In this document: one piece after another, positions 55,776 to 64,000 of the stretch
How the letters are laid out: the number at the start of each line of letters is the position of its first letter
How positions within the stretch are numbered: position 1 is the stretch's first letter
Origin: an uncultured Nitrospiraceae bacterium
Lineage (GTDB): Bacteria > Nitrospirota > Nitrospiria > Nitrospirales > Nitrospiraceae
Assembly: GCA_963706325.1 (NCBI GenBank)
Contig: CAVPLT010000004.1
Location: 128,001-192,000, forward strand
DNA length: 64,000 nt
Direction: 5' to 3'
Position numbers and translations under genes: made by a program
The notes under the pieces: model-generated
What the model saw: only the letters and a program-made list of their open reading frames with translations
What the model was told of the DNA's origin: nothing
Database searches by the model: none

Positions 55776-56237
55776 ATGAATGCGATTGATCGAATCATAG
55801 TCAGTTTAGGTGCCCTGCTGTTAGCTTTATCGGTTGCCGTCTCCCTATCCCATGCGGACAGTACGGTGATTACCGGACCGAGCCGTTATTCCGTTTCTGA
55901 GACAATTGATCGGATTGGGAAGGCGGTTACCGACAATGGCATGACGCTGTTTGCTCGCATCAACCATGCAGAAGAGGCGAGGAAAGCTGGATTGCCGATG
56001 CTGCCCATGGAATTGCTGATTTTCGGAAATCCAAAAGGCGGCACGGCGCTTATGGTAGAAAGGCCGACAGTGGGGATTGATCTACCGATGAAGGCTTTGG
56101 CCTGGGAAGATCAGACGGGGCGCGTGTGGCTGTCGTATAACACCCCTAGCTTGTTGCACGTACGACATGGGCTACCGGAGGAGTCTGCGGCTCGGCTCGA
56201 TCCGGTGGGGAAACTCCTTGAACTCGCGGTAGAGTAG
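55776..56237 (+). CDS. exported DUF302 domain protein
   Basis: GGAGG RBS, signal peptide, FARINHA..A...GL, LIFGNPKGGT.LM, IDLPMKALAWED. Confidence 0.88.
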   Translation: MNAIDRIIVSLGALLLALSVAVSLSHADSTVITGPSRYSVSETIDRIGKAVTDNGMTLFARINHAEEARKAGLPMLPMELLIFGNPKGGTALMVERPTVGIDLPMKALAWEDQTGRVWLSYNTPSLLHVRHGLPEESAARLDPVGKLLELAVE

Positions 56238-56386
56238 CCGTGGCCTCATAAGTCGTGCGTTGGAAAAAGAAACGAAGAGGATTAAGATGGGCCACAATTT
56301 CCGCACAATGCTCCCAGCCCACGAACATGATGCTTCTGCCGCGTGGATTCTGAAGCTCTTTGGCAGGAAATCAGACGAGGAGTGAA

Positions 56387-56977
56387 ATGGGTGGTATTGC
56401 CGAATCGCTTCTACGAGACGGGAGATCGACCATGTGGTCACAGACCAGAGACGTGAGCAGGTGGTTTGTATTGGTGGCGCTCTATGGCACCGGTTTCGTG
56501 CCTGCGGTGTCCGCGTTAGGAACCACGCCTGAGCCCGTGCCCGTGGCCGACATGAGGCACATCAAAAAATTTGTCTCAGTAGAAGTGCAGACCCAGGGAA
56601 CCGCCGAGAAGTTAGGCATCAGCGGGGCCGAGCTGACCGATGTGACCCGGATGACACTACTCAATAAGGTGCCGGGAATTGCGCTTGAAGGATCGAGTGG
56701 CCCGTCTCCCGACGCCTCCGAGCGGCTTAACCAGCTCGGATTTTTCACCTGCGAAGTTTGGACGGTTGGGGAACAATACATTGCTGCCTATCATGTGGAT
56801 TGCACTGCAGGCTCCTATACGCCACAGAAAACACCGGGTAGTCTGTGGAACCAGGCGATCCTAGGGTATGGGCCGAAAGACGAAGTGTCTGACGCAGTCC
56901 GAAAAGGGGTACGCGCAATGGTCGAGCTCTTTGCAGCCACTTTCGTGACAGCCCGCGGGGATGCGTCTGGCCGGTAA
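56387..56977 (+). CDS. hypothetical exported protein
   Basis: GAGGAG RBS before ATG 56387 (alternative start 56432); hydrophobic signal-like segment; two Cys. Confidence 0.7.
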   Translation: MGGIAESLLRDGRSTMWSQTRDVSRWFVLVALYGTGFVPAVSALGTTPEPVPVADMRHIKKFVSVEVQTQGTAEKLGISGAELTDVTRMTLLNKVPGIALEGSSGPSPDASERLNQLGFFTCEVWTVGEQYIAAYHVDCTAGSYTPQKTPGSLWNQAILGYGPKDEVSDAVRKGVRAMVELFAATFVTARGDASGR

Positions 56978-57844
56978 CAAATGGCCTGCAAGCGCAAGTG
57001 ACGGCTACCCTTCCGCGTCTGTCTTGACGTGCGGCCTGGGGGGCGGCGATATTCAGCCATTCTCAATGGCGCTTCTATCCGTCCTTCCCTGACGCTAACT
57101 ATGCGTCGAGATGGGAACCATCGCACCATTATCTACGTCCGTCCGGACACATAGTCTCTTGGCGAAAGAGATGGAATAGCCGATTACAACGGTGCTTAGA
57201 TGAACCGTTTGTCCGCACCGAGTTGCAGCACTCACCGCTATTGGTGCGCCAATTCCCCCGAGTGAATGTGGATACCAAACATCGCCGGCAGCATAGGGAC
57301 GGGGCCTGTAACTTGTCTTCAGAAACTTGAGGCGCACTTCGTCGTTGAGGAGTAGTCGCTGCGCGTCGATGATGGCGTGCAATGTATAATTCTACCTAAG
57401 AAGTCTGGCTCACTAATTATCACCGATGAAATTATCTCCATGATTGGTTAGTTCTCGGTTATTCGAAACAGCGCACTCTCCCTGAGAAGGTGAACATCCG
57501 CATCTCGATCGTGAGCCGGCTTTTACGAGCGTGATGGCGGCAGGCCAAGCGGGCGCTTGGAATCCATCGTCGTTCGGCCTCAGAGCGGCTAAAACAGCAT
57601 CCTTGCGATACTCGCCCTGGTACGGTGGGCCGGTATCGAGATAGCTGATTGCGTAGGCGGAAATCCTGAGCCCGCATTTGTGGGTGATCTCTGCGATTCG
57701 CCTTAAGGACGATGGACGCCTTACGGATGCTTCCTCCTGTGGTGGAGCTGGTCTTGAGATGTTTCTGCACGGTGAGCGAAGTCGAGTACGTATCAAACTT
57801 GAGCTCGATCTGAAACCATGGGGGCAGATCACCAAGGCGTTCAG

Positions 57845-58873
57845 TTACACATTCTCCACATCCGCAATAATCGTGTGCAGTCCACTCGAACCAGCGGGCT
57901 GTGGGCGGATGAGATCAGCAATCTGAAGCTGTCCCTTGCTATCGATGGCGCGGACGGCGACTTGGTACTTGCCGCGTTTCGGCGGTCGCCAGGTATAGTT
58001 CCAGATCACCCATGAATATGGCGACATGGGCGTTTCGAGCTCGCAAGACTCCCACGTTCTGGCTGCATCCAAACTGATTTCCACTTTGCTGATCGAGTTT
58101 GGGCCGCCGAAAGCAATGCCGCGGAATCGTTGCTCGGGACCGCGCAATGTCTGATAATGGCCGGGAGAGTCGATGCGGGAGAACGTTTTGATCGTGCCGT
58201 CGTCGGTCCATCCTTTGCGCTGCCAATAGCCGCGATAGTCCCCTGCATAGGCTTCGATTTCCACAATCCATTTGACGTTCTTAATTCCGTAAAGCCCCGG
58301 TACAAGCAGGCGTAGCGGGAAGCCGTGTTCCTTCGGCAGCTTCTCGCCGTTCATCAGAAATGCGAGCATCACATCGTCTTGCATGGCGCGTGTTAGTGGA
58401 ATGCTGTCGTCGTAGGCGTCCGCACCGCGGAAGACTATATCGCGCGTGGTTTCTTCATCGATTTCTGCTTCCTGCAACAGCTTTTTAAGCGAAATGCCCC
58501 GCCAGCGGGCATTCCCAAGGCTGTCCCCCCCGGGTAATGTGTCGATGCACATGAGTGTCGAAACCTGCTCAAAATTGTCGCGATTCAACAACTCACGCCA
58601 GTTCAGCGACAGCGGTTTCTTCACTTCGCCTTTGACTGATAGTCGCCACTGGTCCTGGCGAAGGTCGCGAGAGAGGTTAAATGGGGAGTCAGAATAGTTC
58701 ACGACATAGAATTTTTGGTTTTGTGTGAAGTAATTGGTCTCGCGCGGGGGCATGGCGAACATCCGTCCGAATAATGATCCGACTGCGTCGCACCCGCCGG
58801 TAAGCCCTGCCGCAGCCGCAATTCCAGTGAGCTTTAGAAGGTTTCTGCGTTTCAGTGAGAGCCAATTTTCCAT
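57845..58873 (-). CDS. Tat-exported molybdopterin oxidoreductase, sulfite-oxidase/MsrP-like family
   Basis: KRRNLLK twin-Arg, LTGGC lipobox-like, TLMCID (Mo-ligating Cys), GNARWRG, NGEKLPKEHGFPLRLLVPGLYGIKNVKW, dimerisation domain VEISLD...W. Confidence 0.9.
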   Translation of the reverse strand: MENWLSLKRRNLLKLTGIAAAAGLTGGCDAVGSLFGRMFAMPPRETNYFTQNQKFYVVNYSDSPFNLSRDLRQDQWRLSVKGEVKKPLSLNWRELLNRDNFEQVSTLMCIDTLPGGDSLGNARWRGISLKKLLQEAEIDEETTRDIVFRGADAYDDSIPLTRAMQDDVMLAFLMNGEKLPKEHGFPLRLLVPGLYGIKNVKWIVEIEAYAGDYRGYWQRKGWTDDGTIKTFSRIDSPGHYQTLRGPEQRFRGIAFGGPNSISKVEISLDAARTWESCELETPMSPYSWVIWNYTWRPPKRGKYQVAVRAIDSKGQLQIADLIRPQPAGSSGLHTIIADVENV

Positions 58874-58911
58874 GGAAATACTCTGCGACAATAAAAAGAT
58901 GAATGCAAGGC

Positions 58912-58940
58912 TTGACTCTGGAAAGCCAGATTGATATAAA
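58912..58940 (+). promoter_or_regulatory. rrn P1-like promoter
   Basis: TTGACT, 17-nt spacer, TATAAA. Confidence 0.65.
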
Positions 58941-59034
58941 AGCGCACGTTTGATCCAGCCTAGTGGCCGATGCGGTCGTAAGCCCCGCGACGGATTCTCA
59001 GGGAACCCTGATCAAAAAATATCTCCTGGTCCTC

Positions 59035-59063
59035 TTGACAAGACCAACGCCGCGGAGTAAAGT
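59035..59063 (+). promoter_or_regulatory. rrn P2-like promoter
   Basis: TTGACA, 17-nt spacer, TAAAGT, followed by a GC-rich discriminator (GCGCGGC). Confidence 0.7.
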
Positions 59064-59070
59064 GCGCGGC

Positions 59071-59101
59071 TCGCGTGATGAACGCGAACAGTTCTTTGAC
59101 A
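59071..59101 (+). promoter_or_regulatory. rrn leader boxB hairpin and boxA antitermination site
   Basis: TCGCGT-GATGA-ACGCGA hairpin followed by AGTTCTTTGACA. Confidence 0.7.
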
Positions 59102-59175
59102 ACTGAATAGAGCGAGAAACGAGTAAGGTAAGGTGTATTGAAGAGGTGGCCCTCGGGTCCAATTTCAAGTAGAAC

Positions 59176-60722
<1,547 letters not shown>

Positions 60723-60886
60723 TACCACTCCTTCTAGAAAACTAAGGATTCTGAGGGTCACCTTTTCAATACACTAACCACGGTCCCGAATAGTATCGCC
60801 AGATTGAGCGTTTGCAATATAAGCTCATCTAGGGTAGATGCCACACGCAAGCGTATGATTGTCTTGGGTTGGCTCAGCAGTCGGCT

Positions 60887-60963
60887 GGGCCTGTAGCTCA
60901 GCTGGCTAGAGCACGCGCTTGATAAGCGCGGGGTCGATAGTTCGATCCTATCCAGGCCCACCA
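60887..60963 (+). tRNA. tRNA-Ile(GAT)
   Basis: GGGCCTG...CAGGCCC-ACCA acceptor stem, CGCGC-TTGATAA-GCGCG anticodon arm, TTCGA T-loop. Confidence 0.97.
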
Positions 60964-61026
60964 ACTGAGCCTCCAGTGTGAGTCTCTCCCTCGGTGGCTC
61001 AATTTAGACAATCATTAAAGGTCATC

Positions 61027-61102
61027 GGGGCTGTAGCTCAGTTGGGAGAGCACCTGCTTTGCAAGCAGGGGGTCGCTGGTTCGATTCCAGTCAGCTCCAC
61101 CA
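61027..61102 (+). tRNA. tRNA-Ala(TGC)
   Basis: GGGGCTG...CAGCTCC-ACCA acceptor stem with G3:U70, CCTGC-TTTGCAA-GCAGG anticodon arm. Confidence 0.97.
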
Positions 61103-61139
61103 GGGCATTGTAGAATTCGTTTCTCGCTCTATTCAGTCG

Positions 61140-61176
61140 TGGATAACAGCGATGCTGTTATCCAAGTTCTTTGAAA
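61140..61176 (+). promoter_or_regulatory. 16S-23S spacer hairpin and boxA
   Basis: TGGATAACAGC-GAT-GCTGTTATCCA hairpin followed by AGTTCTTTGAAA. Confidence 0.7.
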
Positions 61177-61222
61177 ACTTAATAGGTCTGAGAAGACCAT
61201 GTGTATCAGGAGCAAAGTGAAT

Positions 61223-64000
<2,778 letters not shown>

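Overview
A 64-kb, mostly housekeeping chromosomal segment of a Nitrospira, very likely lineage I (N. defluvii-like), judged from 16S signatures and a Nitrospira-type chlorite dismutase. It ends in the rRNA operon (16S, tRNA-Ile, tRNA-Ala, truncated 23S). Core genes include groES-groEL, an RpoH-like sigma factor, a NarK-type transporter with a sigma-54 promoter, ribBA-ribH-nusB, purB-cld-purC-purS-purQ-purL-purF, recG, ppx/gppA, scpAB, guaBA, rluB, aspS, aroC and rluE. No CRISPR array, transposase, integrase or prophage was seen. The most interesting signals are: (1) a stand-alone GlnE made only of the adenylyl-removase half; (2) a PqqD/RRE-like domain fused to a MidA/NDUFAF7-like methyltransferase, next to a cupredoxin, a histone-H1-like basic/acidic protein and an EVE-like protein; (3) a frameshifted, internally deleted lasso-peptide B2 peptidase remnant, which the ORF track gives only as a 75-aa C-terminal fragment, upstream of an intact NTP_transf_5-type nucleotidyltransferase; (4) two families of degenerate intergenic repeats; (5) an Slp lipoprotein pseudogene with three lesions. 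Family assignments come from motif recognition by eye, not database searches. Start codons were re-chosen by eye where the ORF track over-extends.
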